A stretch of 62,985 nt of DNA, the filler included, from Folioceros fuciformis (Eukaryota), in NCBI GenBank assembly GCA_049999805.1. It is 4 parts of 3 records of this genome, joined end to end, with 100 filler letters (N's around TTAATTAATTAA, not from the genome) between each part and the next. Parts side by side here need not be neighbours in the genome. Positions count along the whole stretch, not along the records: positions 1 to 24,632 come from JBNGIO010006356.1; 3 more parts are not named here. One strand, given 5' to 3'. The notes beneath the pieces are model-generated. The model did not search any database, was not told the DNA's origin, and saw only the letters and a list, made by a program, of their open reading frames with translations. Positions 1 through 13,100 of this stretch are shown here, piece by piece. The first letter of the stretch is position 1. Each line of letters begins with the position of its first letter. A program made the translations under genes and the position numbers.

Positions 1-30
1 TACAGATGCTATGTTGAGCCCGAGGGGGAG

Positions 31-1709
31 TGTTGAGTTATCGAGCTCTATATGAGCTAAACTCATGTGGTGTTAGTTATCCCAGTTGGGTTCATACTAG
101 ACTAGTTCTAGTTATTAGTGAACTTAGGATAGTGTAGATTATCCCATATTGAACCTGGAAGTTGTGTAGCCCTAAATGTACTACTTAAATGGAGACCTCG
201 GACCTCCATAGTAAGACAGTGGTGATGTGTATTGATTTCATGGTTGTGATCACCAATACCACCCTCTCTTCTCTCCTCTCCTCTCCTACACTTGCACGTA
301 GACTGGAGTCGATCCTATTGACATCCTCAATGGCAGGTCTAGCCTCTTATACTACCTTGGCCCAAACCTCCATCTCTATCTATTAGGGTTAGCCTCAGTC
401 AACCACCCAACAATCTCTCTTTGACCTAAGCCGCCCCTAATTCTGACCTAAACCTAACTCTAACCTAACCCTAACTTTGACCCAAACCTAGTTCTGACCT
501 AATAGGGATTGTGTCCCATTGACACCACTGGGTGCCCTTACCAAAATTGACCAACCTCTCAAGACTACCAAAATGGTCAGTGCCTCTCAACCCTCTCCCT
601 CCTCTCTCAAATCATTCCATCCCTTCTCTCAGATTATTCCAGCAACCTTTCAAAGACACATCTCGCCTCACCATTAATCTAGCTACTAATCTAACCTAAT
701 CTTTTAACCATTTCACCACAGGGTTCACTTAGAGATTCCCAAAAAGAGAAATCCTACCATTTTCCAAGGACCTATTCAGCATGTGGAGTCCACAGGGCGC
801 TGAGCCGTTTGAGACTGAGCCGAGGTCCTGATTTCCCTTGCCACTAGGGGAACGTGGAGATCCCAAGACTGTCAAGATCCGTGTGGCCGGATCCGCAAGG
901 GCTGAATGATTCGCAGGCTAGCTGAAGTGAAGGGATAGAACCGTGAGCTTGGAGGGCTATCCAGTCCTAGTATCCACACTATGCTTAAAGGCTACAAGGA
1001 GTGAAGCCATTGTGTTCCAATTTCCAGGGGATAGCTGAAGCAAAGAGAGGAAGAGTTGGGGTGAAATGCATAGAAGTGAAGAGTGAGTTGCTGAAGTGCA
1101 GGAGTGTGTGTTGAAGTGAAGGGTGGAGGGCTGAAGTGAAGAGGAAGGGACTGAAGTGGGAATCATGGAGAGCTGAAGGGCTGAAGATCAAGAGTGTGAG
1201 TTGTGTGAGCTGATTTGGGGATAGGTTAGACTTCTAGCCTTTTTGTTGTGTGTGTATGGTCAGGCCTATAGACCGGCTGATAGGTAGAAGTGTGATAGGT
1301 AGTGTTCCTTGGCACTGGTTCACTCCCTTGGGAGCGAATCATAAGACTGCAACGACAATAAGGGGATGTGTGGTCCTTTGGTGGTTCTTGGGTGCAAGAA
1401 ATCACTCCACACTTACTTTCTATAGTAGTCTCCCAAATAGGGGATAGGTCCTTGGTGCCTTCCAACTATCCCACATTGTATCCCTAGCCCTATTGGGTCT
1501 CTCAAGAAGTGGAAGAGAACCTCCCTTGCTACCACAGGGTGGCGGAATGCCATCCTGCCGAAGCAAAGTGTGTGTAAGCTCAAGGGCGAAAGATAGCCAA
1601 GGACAATATGGAGGCTCTCCAAATGGAAGGCACATTGCTTAGGTTGAGTAGTCCTATCTTGTATTAACCCCGAACTCGAGATCTGACAAAAATAATAAAC
1701 ACCTCAACA
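31..1709 (+). mobile_element. 3' LTR (~1.68 kb) of an LTR retrotransposon, probably Copia-type; internal region lies outside the window
   Basis: Polypurine tract GAGGGGGAG at 22-30 immediately followed by TGTTGAG. The matching inverted terminus CTCAACA is at 1703-1709. No credible ORF lies between them. Confidence 0.75.
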
Positions 1710-2470
1710 AAAATCTACCCTATAGCCTGACCATCCACTCACTACGATTTTTCCTTGGCTTGATGGTTTGGTTCGACTAACAACTCCACGGCGCAACATT
1801 AAATGTTCGCTGGTGGGGTGATGCTAACTGCTAGTCGTGAGCTTGAAGTTAAGGTTGGAGGTGGCGATAGTAATGAAGCATCATTCGTGGGAGACTCACC
1901 CCTCCCTCAATGGTGATGGGAAGAGCAATTGTTCCCTCTTTTGGTGGGCCTCCTAGACTTAGTCCCAGTTTCGGCGTAAGGGAATGTTGGCTTCGGTCCA
2001 AACTAGCCGGATTGGATGGGACTGTCCTTGGGCCTAACATAGGCTTGACTAGCTCTTCAGTGTTGTTGAGCAGCTCCACTTCTTCATCGGATTCCTTAAG
2101 GACACAAAGCATCTCTTCGTGCTAGAAGCTGGAACTGTCATCCACTTGCTGGATGGTGTTTGTCATCGTTCATCGTAGGGTTCGGTACTCTTATCGCCAA
2201 TGAGCCTCTGGTAGGTCAGCCTCGACCTATGTCTCAAGAAGCCTCAACCTTAGAATTCCAACTCTCCATCTCGCAGACCTTTATTTGAAGACCTGTGTTC
2301 TCATTGCGAAGTTCTTCCATCTGCCCCTCCAACCTCTTCCATTCAATTTTCCCGCCATGTTTTTGGTAGTTCTTCACATGAGGGCCATCTCGGCCCTTAG
2401 TGTCTGGATTTCATGTTGAGAAGTCCAGTTTGCAGCCTAGGAGTTGCGGTACGTCACTTGAAGTTTGTCG

Positions 2471-3341
2471 TTATGGTAAAGCTCTCCACTCTCGTTTGCC
2501 CCCCCAATTTTGCTCCCCCTTATACCGATCTCGGTTTGCTACATGTTGTCTACAAGTCTCTTGTAGCTCGGACTCTTTTTGCACACAAGGTGCCCGTTCT
2601 TCTTCAATGGCATCTTCACTTGCCATCCCTTGGGCTTGTTGTAAATGTGCACACTCTGCTTTAGCCTCCCGGAGTTGCTTGCTTAACATGCTCTTCTCTT
2701 CTCCTCAGGCGTCGCGTTGTTTTTGGAGGTCCAAGATCGTGGCTTTGGCTTTGGTACCCTCTTGGACAGCCTGGTCTTTCTCCGAGCATAGTGCCTCGAA
2801 CTCCTCTTGGAGGGTTGTGGTGATCTCCATTGCCCGTGCATGGAGACCCGTGATCTGGGCTACCAACTCTGCCATGTGCCATCGAAGGGCCACAATTTCT
2901 CCCTCCCTGACTGCTACCTGTGTGAAGGACCAAGCAAATCCTTTGGCTATGGAGGTTACTATACTATTCCTTGTATGGCATGTATTGCCCGCTCCGACGT
3001 AGCTATGTTATAAAAATGGCTTTGAGCATGCATACGAGCCCTGGCGAAGGAGGTCCAGATGGCCTACCTGAGGCCATCTTCTGAGCCCATCTGGACCTCC
3101 TTTGCACGGGCTTCGCAACAAGCCTCCATGGTTTTCTTGCTTCAAGGAGCTAATATGGCACTACCTTTACAAACCAAAGCAGAGAGCGGGGAAATAAGCC
3201 GGAGCATATGGAGGGATGATGTAGGGAGGGAGGAGTGCGCAGAGAGGTTGGGGGAGTTGACAGCCAGCTATGGGAACATTCAGCACTAGGAGGTGAGGTG
3301 TTGGAGTCACGCATGAGGTAGCAAGGGAGCAAAAAAGGCAA
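2471..3341 (-). pseudogene. Decayed coiled-coil protein ORF, probably a retroelement accessory ORF
   Basis: Fragments 2705-2893 and 2471-2689 are in the same frame, separated by one stop, and rich in E/Q/K/A heptads (LQEEFEALCSEKDQAVQE, LSKQLREAKAECAHLQQAQ). Confidence 0.4.
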
Positions 3342-4709
3342 GATGGCGGTGAGGAGTGGAAAGAATAGTGGGGGTTGGGAGAGTAATCCCTAGTGTGCCA
3401 CATTGCAAAACCTTACACCGCTCATCTCTAACTTGTTCAGCTGATCCAACCAATTTGCGACGGTTACACTTGCTCTCCCTAATATCATAAATTTGAAGAT
3501 GAGTCGGTCATGACTTCCTTCAATTGGATTGCTAGCTAGTCTTTGCCAAGCCATCCTTCCACACACCCAAATTCATGAGTCGTACTGGAGTCCAAAGTAA
3601 AGTGAAGAGAGGAAAGAAAGAAAAAAGATTCAAATAAGACATGGGTGAGGCAATCCAGTCATCTACCAATGGAGTGCTACTCCACTTATTTTTAGCATCT
3701 ACCGAGTGCCTTCGGATCAAAAGTTCTATTCACATATACATTTTACACCAATACAAATAAAAGCAACTTTGGAGGCATTTCAGGTTCATAGAAAAGTGGT
3801 TTTCCAAGCTAGCATTCTTTCCACGGAGAAAGCCTTTTTCCATGGGTGACAACATGGAGAAGCCTATGTGCCTCCCATTTAAAGCCTACCCCTCTTCAAA
3901 GATGTTTACTTCATAAAAGTTTTTATGTTTATGAGTCAATCTACTTGTTAAGTAAAGTGAATTTGGTTGAGTTTTTAAGAACTTCCTATGAAAAGAATAG
4001 GTCTTGAATAGAATGGAGTGACACCCTACTTAGTCTACTTGTAAAATTGAGTCCTTCCTCTAGGGTTGACCTCTCCTTTTCTACTCAAAACCAGCCTCCT
4101 TTTAGTATATGAGTAAGGCTAAGGTGGTGTCATTCTTTGAGTGTCATTGATTGATCTATAGGCTCTATTTGTATTTATCATATATACCATACTCCATACA
4201 CCTTGTTATACTACCCCTTAGAAGGCCCTATGGCCCTCCTCCATATCCTAAGGGAGTTTAGGAGGGAGGTTCGACTGGTGCCTTATGGGCTTCTTCCCAA
4301 CCCTTTAAAGGGATATATTACTAGCTATACATAGCATGCTAGAGGCAACCTATATACACACGCAGCACTTAAAGAGCCTTGGATGAAGTTATAACATGCT
4401 GCCACTCGAAATATGTATTTGCTCCTCTCATTGATACCCTTCACCTAATAGACGTAACGTAGACTTCCCAATCCTGCATTCTCTTCTTCTTCTTCTTGGA
4501 TTGCAATACAATAGCCAGTAACAAAATTGGCTAACTCCTTAGGTGGCAACCATGCAACATGAATGTCTTGTTTTGTTGCTTGAAGAATAATAGGTGTTGC
4601 TAGTGCCGATGCCAACACCAACCCTATTTGTTCAAAGCTTTTTGCTTTCTTCTGAATTTGGATCTTCATGTTTCTTCTTGATCACAAGCATCTTTTAACA
4701 AACGCCATA

Positions 4710-6403
4710 TGTGGTCCCCTCATTTTGAAATGCAATCGTTAGTGAATTGTCAAAGAATTAGTGTTGAGTAGAATTAAAGATATAAAATAAATAACCTCAA
4801 ATCAAGCTTGATAAGCTCAAGTTGCTGAAAGATACATGATGAATAACTCCACAAAGAAGCCAATATGCTACTTTCCATATGTTTTGCATCTTTATATAAG
4901 GAGTCAGAATGAGCTTAATTAACATGTTATAGGAATAGACCTTCATAAGAAATTAAAGTTGTACCATTCACAAATAGACTTTCCAACTTCTATAATAGAT
5001 TTTATATGTATTCCCGTATTCTTTTCTTTTTATTTTCCAAATTTTACCTTTTTTATTTTTACCCCTATTTTCTAGATTTAATTCCAAAAATTCCAACTCA
5101 ACTCTAAATCACCTGCTTTCTTTTCCTCCTAGTTCGGGGCCTATTCCAACACCCCGGGGTTAGTCTTCCATAGCCAAAAAACCACTGCGACTGGAAGCTG
5201 ATTCTACTGAATAACTTGTCGTTTTCAGGCCAGGTTCCAGCTGCTGATCCCACTCCTTGCCACCTCTTCTCTATCTTTCTCACTGCTCATACTCCTCTCC
5301 TAGAAGCAGGCTCAGCCACCAAGGGAAAATAGTTGCAGAGGAAGGCTTAGCAGGCGACCATCCAGCAAGGAAGAGGCGGCATCCGCAAATCTTTGAAGAT
5401 CAGACATCCTCCGAAGTCTCATGATAGTCTAAGAGGTGATAGATCCTTGTGGTGGTAGGGTCAACAGGCTGTAGGGCTAGCTCATTGGCGGCAGGATGTG
5501 CTAGAAGTCTAAATAAGTGGCTGGTGATAGCCGCCTTGGCTAGTGGTCCTATTAAAATAATATTTGTCAAGTTAGAGAGAGGTGAAGTTAGAGAGAGAGA
5601 GGCTCCTATAAGATCAGGTGAGCCTGTAGGAGGTAGGTCATCAGTCACTTCACGAGCTCTTGTGGTCTGTCCCTGCTTGGTCCAGGACCTGCAGCGTGTT
5701 GCCGGCTGTGCAACGTCTAGTTGGATCGCAAGCAACGTGTTGCCGGTTGTATAGTGTCTGGTAGAATCATGAGGTGTAATGACTAGGGTGAAGGGGCTCG
5801 CCCCTATCTCTCGATTGTAAAGGATGTGTCTTTCTCTCGTCCTGTCCACTCTTGTTCCCTGATTGGACAAGTGCTGTAGGCTGGCCATGTTTCATGGCGT
5901 CTAGTAAGGTTGTGGGGAGGAATTATTCGAGAGGGGAGTGTGTTTCCCTCTTTCTCTTCTTTGGGGTTAGGCTAGTGACTCTTGCTGGGTAGGGGGAGTC
6001 AGTAGGGAAGTGTAGAAGGTAGTGATGTCGTTGTTGGTTGCTGGTGTTCGTGTTGGTGTTGGTGCTGGAGCGAGAGAGTGAGTGAGGGAGGTCGCAGACT
6101 TGAGAAGTTAGGGTCATTGTAGTGACTGAAGTGAGTTTGTGGGCATCAAGAGAGGTGCAGTTGACCGCTGGACAGCGAGGCCTGTCCCATGCCTGATCGG
6201 AGCTGGAGGGAAGCCCTCGAATCCGTCATCGAGTCGATTGAGTTTGACCCTCCATGCATGGCAGCGAGGAACCCCATCGCTCCGTCGTGAGAACGAAACC
6301 CAATGTCCCACGACGAAACCCAATGTCTCAACGATAGTGGGATAAGTGTGGCCACTAAAGGTGGAACCCGTTGGCAATCGGTGCCCAAGGTTTTGCCGCC
6401 ACA
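4710..6403 (-). repeat. LTR (~1.69 kb); its terminal ~280 bp is shared with the LTR starting at 23719
   Basis: Inverted termini TGTGG/CCACA. Bases 6120-6403 align with the reverse complement of 23719-23982. Confidence 0.6.
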
Positions 6404-6539
6404 GGGACAACAGTGTGTCACAGTGGATGGTGGAAACACAGGTGCTGGCCTACATTAGGGACGCGAAGTTTGGCAAAGGCAGAGTCACACTAGCATCTAG
6501 GGTGGTCTTCAAGGCTCATCTCGTTTTTGGGCTTACTTA

Positions 6540-6607
6540 CGGCCCCGATCTTGATAAAACTACCAGGCACTTGCGGCCCCGATCTTGATAAAACTACCAG
6601 GCACTTG
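6540..6607. repeat. Perfect 34-bp tandem duplication
   Basis: CGGCCCCGATCTTGATAAAACTACCAGGCACTTG x2. Confidence 0.95.
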
Positions 6608-9600
6608 GGAGGTCAGATGGGAAGAAGACATGTTAGTGTGCCTACGGAGATGGATCTTGACAATGACAAGCACACTCGGAAAGCAGGGTCGGCACTAGCA
6701 AATACTTTCTGTGACCCTCTTAAAGAGAGCCAAGTTGCAACCGGGGATTCAGACAAGTTGTTGCACGGGTTTCAACTTGCATGCCACGCGAGTGCACCGG
6801 CCAGGAGAGACTTGAAGGCGTTGTTTGATGCCACCAAGCCACACATTGCCTCTAAGGTGTTACTGACTGCTTGCAGTAAGATTCGCACTTCGGTGGGTGT
6901 CTCTGGAGTAACCCTGGACACTGTTCCTGAGGGGGTGGAGGAATGGTCAGTGCCCTCGGGTAAGCCTGTGGATGGTGGGAATGTTTTGGCAGCTTGTAAG
7001 GGTGTAGGGCAGCAAGTCTGGAGACAGGTACACAAACCGGATGTTTTGAGCTCGAAGAAAACTTTTGGGTTTGGCTCTCATGAGGTTGCTGCCCGGGAGG
7101 ATCAGGGCCTGGTGGTAGGTGTGCCNNNNNNNNNNNNNNNNNNNNNNNNNNNNNNNNNNNNNNNNNNNNNNNNNNNNNNNNNNNNNNNNNNNNNNNNNNN
7201 NNNNNNNNNNNNNNNNNNNNNNNNNACGATTCCCGGGGGTCGGTGGGTGCAGAGAGTTGTGCCGATTTTTTGGCCCCGGAAGGATCCTTGGTGCTGGATC
7301 TGGCTGTTCGTCCCTCTGGCTTTTCGGCGGTGGGCTTTGGGCTCCTCCTCGTGCTAGTAAGGGGAGGCGAGGGAAGCGCACCTCAGGAGCTGACGGAGGG
7401 TGGACACATTCGCGAGGCAAGTGTGGACGGTCTGGGGAACCATCCTAGCAGGCGACTTCAACCAGCCCCTCCTGGGGCTCTGGACGACTGGCTTCTGCGA
7501 GCACGATCCAGCGAGGCTTCTCTAGGTTCGGGGGATGTGGGGAAGAGATGCAAGATTCTCCCATCGAGATGGTTTGGGAGGACGAGGTCTTGGCTGCAAG
7601 GATTGCTGTCGAGGCGGTGGTCCAGCTTGTCGGGGGGGTCTTGGTGTCGGTGCAAGCAAACTCGTCGTTGGCTTCTCTTAAGGCTCAGAAGAACTGCTCC
7701 AAAGTAGCCACTGGTGCAGGCTGGGATTGGGTGGAGGACGTCCCAAGGGCTGGCGGCAGCCATATGATGGGTGATCACGAGAACCTTGGGGTCGCTGTCG
7801 AAGATCGTGCTGCTTTAGTGAGGCATCCGAGTGAGGTGACCGAACGTTGGCTGATCAATCCACTGGCTGATCAATCCACTGGCCTTTCGGCAGCAAGCTC
7901 AAGGCCCCTCTCCCTGCTGACAAAGAGAGATGAGGGATGAGCTATCAAGGAGCCTCCGGTGCGGGGGCCCAACCGTGAGGCAGGGAAGGACGGTCTAGAG
8001 AGCCTTGCAGGTAGGTGGCCTCAACAAGCCCCTCCCGGGGATGTTGGCGAAGGGTGCTGTCGGGCACGATCTAGCGTGTCTCCTCCAAGAACGGAGGAAG
8101 AGAGCGGTGTGGAAGTGCTGCAAGCATCTCCTACAACGATGGTGTGGGAAAACCATGTTTCGGAGGCGAGAGAGTCAAGATATCATCAATTAGACCTGGG
8201 AGAGGCGGGCGCAGTCGGCTCTCAGCGATGGGAGTGTCCATATTGTGTTTGTCCAAGAGGGCGAAGTATTTTTGGATGCTGGGGTGGCTGCTACCTGCCA
8301 AAAAACAACTGTGGAAAGCTAGAGTGGCCTGTCAGGAAGAGAATTCAACAGATGTGCTCCCAGCTGGTCCCGTGGTGATGGGCAGGCAATCTGAAGACTA
8401 TCGGGGGGATCCAGCAGCTAAGAGGTGGGATGCTCAGGCTAAGGGCTGCAGCGCGTCGTATGTTGTAGGGAACAGGCCGGGGTTTTTGTCCCAGGAGTAC
8501 CATTTGGCTTAGGATGGGGACCCTCAACATACTGGTTCCCGGGTAACAGGTTTTGGTTCCCATACATGCAACTTGATGGGGAGGAGGAAGAAGGTCCGAG
8601 GGTGCAGCCTAAAGGGGATCCTAACTCTGAGGTAGGGTGGGGTAGCTTGGTGATCACTCTAGGTGCGCGGCAGCGGTTTTTTCCTCTAGGGACATCGAAA
8701 AGCCACAATCCTCGAGATCGAGATTGTTAGAGTTCTCCGAAGACGGGGGATTCGAGGGGTGGGGAGGTGTTGCATGTACCCCCTACTCTGTTGAGTGGGA
8801 AGGATGAGGTGAATGCAGAGAACGGTGTCGCTGGGCTGGAGATCCATTGTGCCGACAAAAGACAAGGCTAGGAGGAGGCTCTGGATCCCCTAAAGGCGAA
8901 TATGCAGGGGTAGACGAGCGAAAAGGTGCTTTCCAGTGGTGGTGTATGCCAGGTGGGGGACTCACAAGGTGGGAAGGTGAGATCGGTGACGTACCTCCCT
9001 GTTGCTGGCAAGAAAGAGTCCTCTGATTCCGGGCTTGGGGCTACCAATATGGGTCGCCAAGTGGAGGATTTCGCTTATGAGCAACTGGCGGCTTCTGCAG
9101 CGAGGTTATGCGATGGGATGGCTCCTGCGGGCTCGATCCAGTGGTCAAGTTCTGTCCCTCCCTTGCAAGTAGTCGATGTAGAGGTGGGAAGGGAGTCTTC
9201 CAAGGTGCTTCACGGGCCACAGTTTCTCGCTTCTCCGGAGTTTCTCCACAGTTTCTCCGGAGCAGACAGGGTGTGGGTTGTTGGGAGGTCCCAACACCCC
9301 ACACCATGTCTGCTCCGGGCCATCAGTCGCCAGGGCTTGGAGGGGGCCTCGAACCTGCTGGAATAGCTGAGTCAGTCAGGTGTAGTAGTATCGGCTGGAA
9401 GTTCCACTGCCTTAGAACACGATGGCTACATTTGGCTTGACCATAGGCAAATAGAGGAACTTGGAGGCGGGGTAGCGAAAAGGACTCGTGTTTCTAAAGA
9501 TTTGGCATCAGGCCTTAAACGCCAGGATCATATTGCTGATTGCTGTGGCCAAAGCAGGGAAGGCGCTGAACAAAGTCGTTCTAAACGCCAGTGGCCTCTA

Positions 9601-9679
9601 AACTCCAGTGGCCAAAGCAAGGAAGGCGACGCCAGTGGCCAAAGCAAGGAAGGCGCTGAACAAAGTCGTTCAGCGCATG

Positions 9680-9945
9680 GCCCTGGAAATCACCTCCCCG
9701 GAAGGAGAAAAGTTTAAGCCCTGGATATCACCTCCCCGGAAGGAAAAAAGTTTAAGCCCTGGATATCACCTCCCTGGAAGGAAAAAAGTTTAAGCCCTGG
9801 ATATCACCTCCCCTGAAGGAAAAAAGTTTAAGCCCTGGATATCACCTCCCCGGAAGGGAAAAAGTTTAAGCCCTGGATATCACCTCCCCGGAAGGAAAAA
9901 AGTTTAAGCCCTGGATATCACCTCCCCGGAAGGGAAAACGTTTAA
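9680..9945. repeat. Minisatellite, 7 x 38 bp
   Basis: GCCCTGGATATCACCTCCCCGGAAGGAAAAAAGTTTAA units, head-to-tail, no spacers. Confidence 0.95.
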
Positions 9946-10048
9946 GGTGCTGGATGTGCAAAAGGATGGCAATAGGTTTCATGGGAAGATCACCGCTGGC
10001 ATGGGGAACCACCCTGTGGCAATGCACAGTCAACACAGATTTGGAGCA

Positions 10049-10136
10049 GAACTGGAGTCTGGAAGGGAGGGAACTAGAGTCTGGAAGGGAGGAGACTGGA
10101 GTCTGGAAGGGAGGGAACTGGAGTCTGGAAGGGAGG
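10049..10136. repeat. Minisatellite, 4 x 22 bp
   Basis: GAACTGGAGTCTGGAAGGGAGG units. Confidence 0.9.
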
Positions 10137-13100
10137 GAACCGGTTCTACGTGTCTCGAACAAAAACTGGTGGATTGTGCCAGCCCTGTAAAATGGGGTAG
10201 CCTCACCATGAGAGATAACACAGTGTACGCATCCGAGGGGGACTTGTTCTCCTCTCCTTGTGTTGAGGACGATGAGGATTCTGCGACTGTCTGGAATGAA
10301 GTACAAGCCGTTTTCTTTGGGGACGAAGGTAACACCTCCCCGTTAAATTCCTTGGAAAAGGACCCGATGCGGGTTAAGGAGGCGCAAGATGAGTATCCTC
10401 CTCCACGGCAGGAGGTTTCTTGCTTGCTAAGTGGCCAGGAGTTTAGGAAGGCAGAAGGTACAACAAGGAGGAAAGACAGACAGTTGGTGATCAAACTGAT
10501 GGTTATGAGAAAGGTGCAAGATTTTTATTCTTTTCTAGTTATGATAGGTGGCGGGGGGGGAGCAGCTGCCCCTTATCATTATAGTGCACAAGTTGCATGC
10601 TGGGCAGGAAAGGATATTTGAATACTTGGCCGCCGGAGGGGTTCCTGTCGGAAAGGATGGAAAGGAGGTGGAATTCTTTAGTGGTCTTTACCAGAAGGAT
10701 GGTCAATTTTTTGCCAGCATCTGGCTAAAACAAGTTTATGGACCCAGTATGCCACTTATCCCAGAGTGGAGGTGGTCCTTGGACGTGCCTTGGGCTAAAG
10801 ACAGGATATGGAATTCAGATATGGCTGTAGGGGATGCTGAGGGGCTTTTAGATGGTTGGGACAAGAGGAATGCTCCTACTGTTCGCAAATCTGAAAGGCT
10901 GCAAAGATTGTCCCTTCAGCTCAAAACAAAGGATCGTCTGGCGCGGCCCAAATCAGTGTCGGGGGCTAGGTTGCCCAAGCCCTCTGCTGTCCACAATCTC
11001 TCAAGCAAGTCCTACTAATGGGTATTGACACTTTGAGGAGCTATGAAAGGGGGTCTCACCTGCGGATCATTTCCTGGAATGTTAGGGGTTTGGGGGGATG
11101 GTCGAAGACAGCATCAAAGTGTAGACAACTAAAGAATCTACTAGAAGAGGAGGTCACTTGGGATTTTGTGTGCCTCCAAGAACATAAACTGTCTCCGGAG
11201 CAAATCCAGCGAGTGAAGAAGATCTTTCTTCCTGGTCGAACAAAATGGGCAGCAGCTAGAGCAGAGGATACAAGAGATGGAGAAAGGTCTTCTCAACGAG
11301 TTTTGGTGATCCGCGGAGGTGTGTCCATTACAGTGCACCCAGAGCAAACCCACAACATCCTGGAATCGGGGCAAGATGAGGAAGGGAGGTTTGTGTGGGT
11401 GGCGCTGCAAACTCCTTAAGGCCCAGTTGAAATCTACAATATTTATGCGCCTAATGCTGCCATGGACAGGAGTATCCTTTGGTGTAGGCTGGGGGATCAA
11501 CTTGATGAGCAGATCCCGTGGATGCTGGTTGGTGACTTCAATTTTGTTGAACGTTGTGAGGACATTCGAGGGGATAGCCCAGGAGATATTCGGGCGGTGC
11601 CTATGTCTTGGCAGGAGCTGAGAGACACGGTCTTGGCTGTGCAGGATCCTTGGGTAGCCCTCCTGGCTCATCACCAACCACAATCCTTGATGTTCAGCTA
11701 GTCCAATCAACAACAATAGAATTTGGGAGAGCGCAGGTTGGACAGGTTTTATTTACCCTCCGGGTGGTTGGCCTTTGTACAGTCATACAGTATTCTCGCT
11801 GGTACGATCCTTTCCAACCACCACCCTATTAGCTTGCACTTGGGGCTTGCTCCGGAGGTTGAGCGCCCAAGGAGGCATATGCAAAATTTTCAAATGAATA
11901 CATCCTTACTGAAGGAAAAAGGTGTCTTTGAAGATATAAAAAACATATGGCAGGGAGTTGAATAGGGGGAAGAAATGCGGCGGTCAAATTGATGTGTGCT
12001 AACAATGAGGCGACTAGGTATATGAGGAGACTAGGGGTTCAACGAGCACGAGAACAACGCCAGCAAGAACATTTTTTGAGGGAGGACCTATGCCGGTTAA
12101 AGAGGAGCTGCAAGGGCAGGGATCTCACAAATGCGGAAGAGGCCAGGAAAACGGAGGTGCAGTGCGCTTTGGCCAAGTTGGAAGAAGACAGGGCCAGTTG
12201 GTTTAAGCGTGCCAAAGTCAAGTGGGTGAGGGAGGGGGACGGCCTCTCTAAATTCTTCTTCGACAAGGTGGCCTCTAACCGACATAGAACGCAAATTCCT
12301 GCCCTTCCAGACGCGCGCGGAGTGGTACAAGAATCGCTTGAAGGCTTAAAAACTCTTATTACCCTCTTCTTTGTTGACATATTTTCCAGCGTTGGGAAGA
12401 TGGTAGGGTGGGAACGGCTTTGGTCTTCTTCTTATGGCACACTTACGGCTAAAGTGTCTGATGACTAGCGCATGGTTTTGGATAAGCCGATAACTGGTGA
12501 CAAGGTGTTCCAGGCCCTGAAGGGGATGCCGAGGGATAAATCCCCGGGTCATGATGGTATCCCTCCCAAGTTCCTGCTATGGGGGTCAGAATTTATGCAG
12601 CCATTATTTATGGAAGCGGTTAGTATGTTTTGGCAAGAAGGTAGCATGGGGAGTTGGTTCAACATAAGGGTTATCTCCCTACTCCCTAAGCAAGGTGCCA
12701 GCCTATAAACCTCCAATTGGCGCTCAATTACCTTGCTCACTACCACGTACGAGGTGATTGCTAAGGTATTGGCTAACCGAATTACACCCTTTCTTGATGA
12801 ATGGATTGAGAAAGAACAGCGAGGGTTTATTCAAAATATGTGCATCCTGGACAACCTACTACTCCTCAGGGAAGCAAAATTCTACACTCAAGTATAGAAG
12901 AAAGCCGTTGTTTTCATTTCCCTTGATTTTTACAAGGCTTATGATTCTGTTGAGTGGCATTTCCGATGGCGATGCCTGCGTAGCTTTGGTTTTGGGAATA
13001 ATTTCTGCATATGGATAGCCATTCTATGTGAAGACGCAGGAGCCAAGGTGGCTGTTAATGGGTCCTTTACATATCACTTTGGCATCTCTCGGTCGCTATG

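Larger units (their letters stand above)
1710..6403 (-). mobile_element. Degenerate LTR retroelement (likely Gypsy, Tat/Ogre-like): 5' LTR plus decayed internal region, truncated by the LTR at 31-1709
   Basis: TGTGG...CCACA termini at 4710/6403. On the minus strand a PBS-like TGGCGTTTGTT starts 2 nt after the LTR end (4707 downward). Stop-riddled minus-strand ORF fragments follow; no RT or integrase is visible. Confidence 0.5.
6404..11018 (+). pseudogene. Putative LINE ORF1 region, broken by stops and tandem duplications
   Basis: Removing one 34-bp duplicate joins ORFs 6346-6588 and 6527-7357. ORFs 9608-9793 and 9947-10621 share a frame across the 38-bp array. The last fragment ends with TAATG overlapping the ORF2 start. 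No diagnostic domain recognised. Confidence 0.4.

Noticed and set aside
6772-9307. Minus-strand Gypsy gag/protease (ALILPGSNL resembling a retropepsin motif)
   Set aside because: The catalytic Asp is absent, there is no downstream RT, and the plus-strand frame is more continuous.
9680-9945. 38-bp repeat array as a CRISPR
   Set aside because: Units are directly adjacent with no unique spacers, no cas genes are present, and the context is a eukaryotic LINE.
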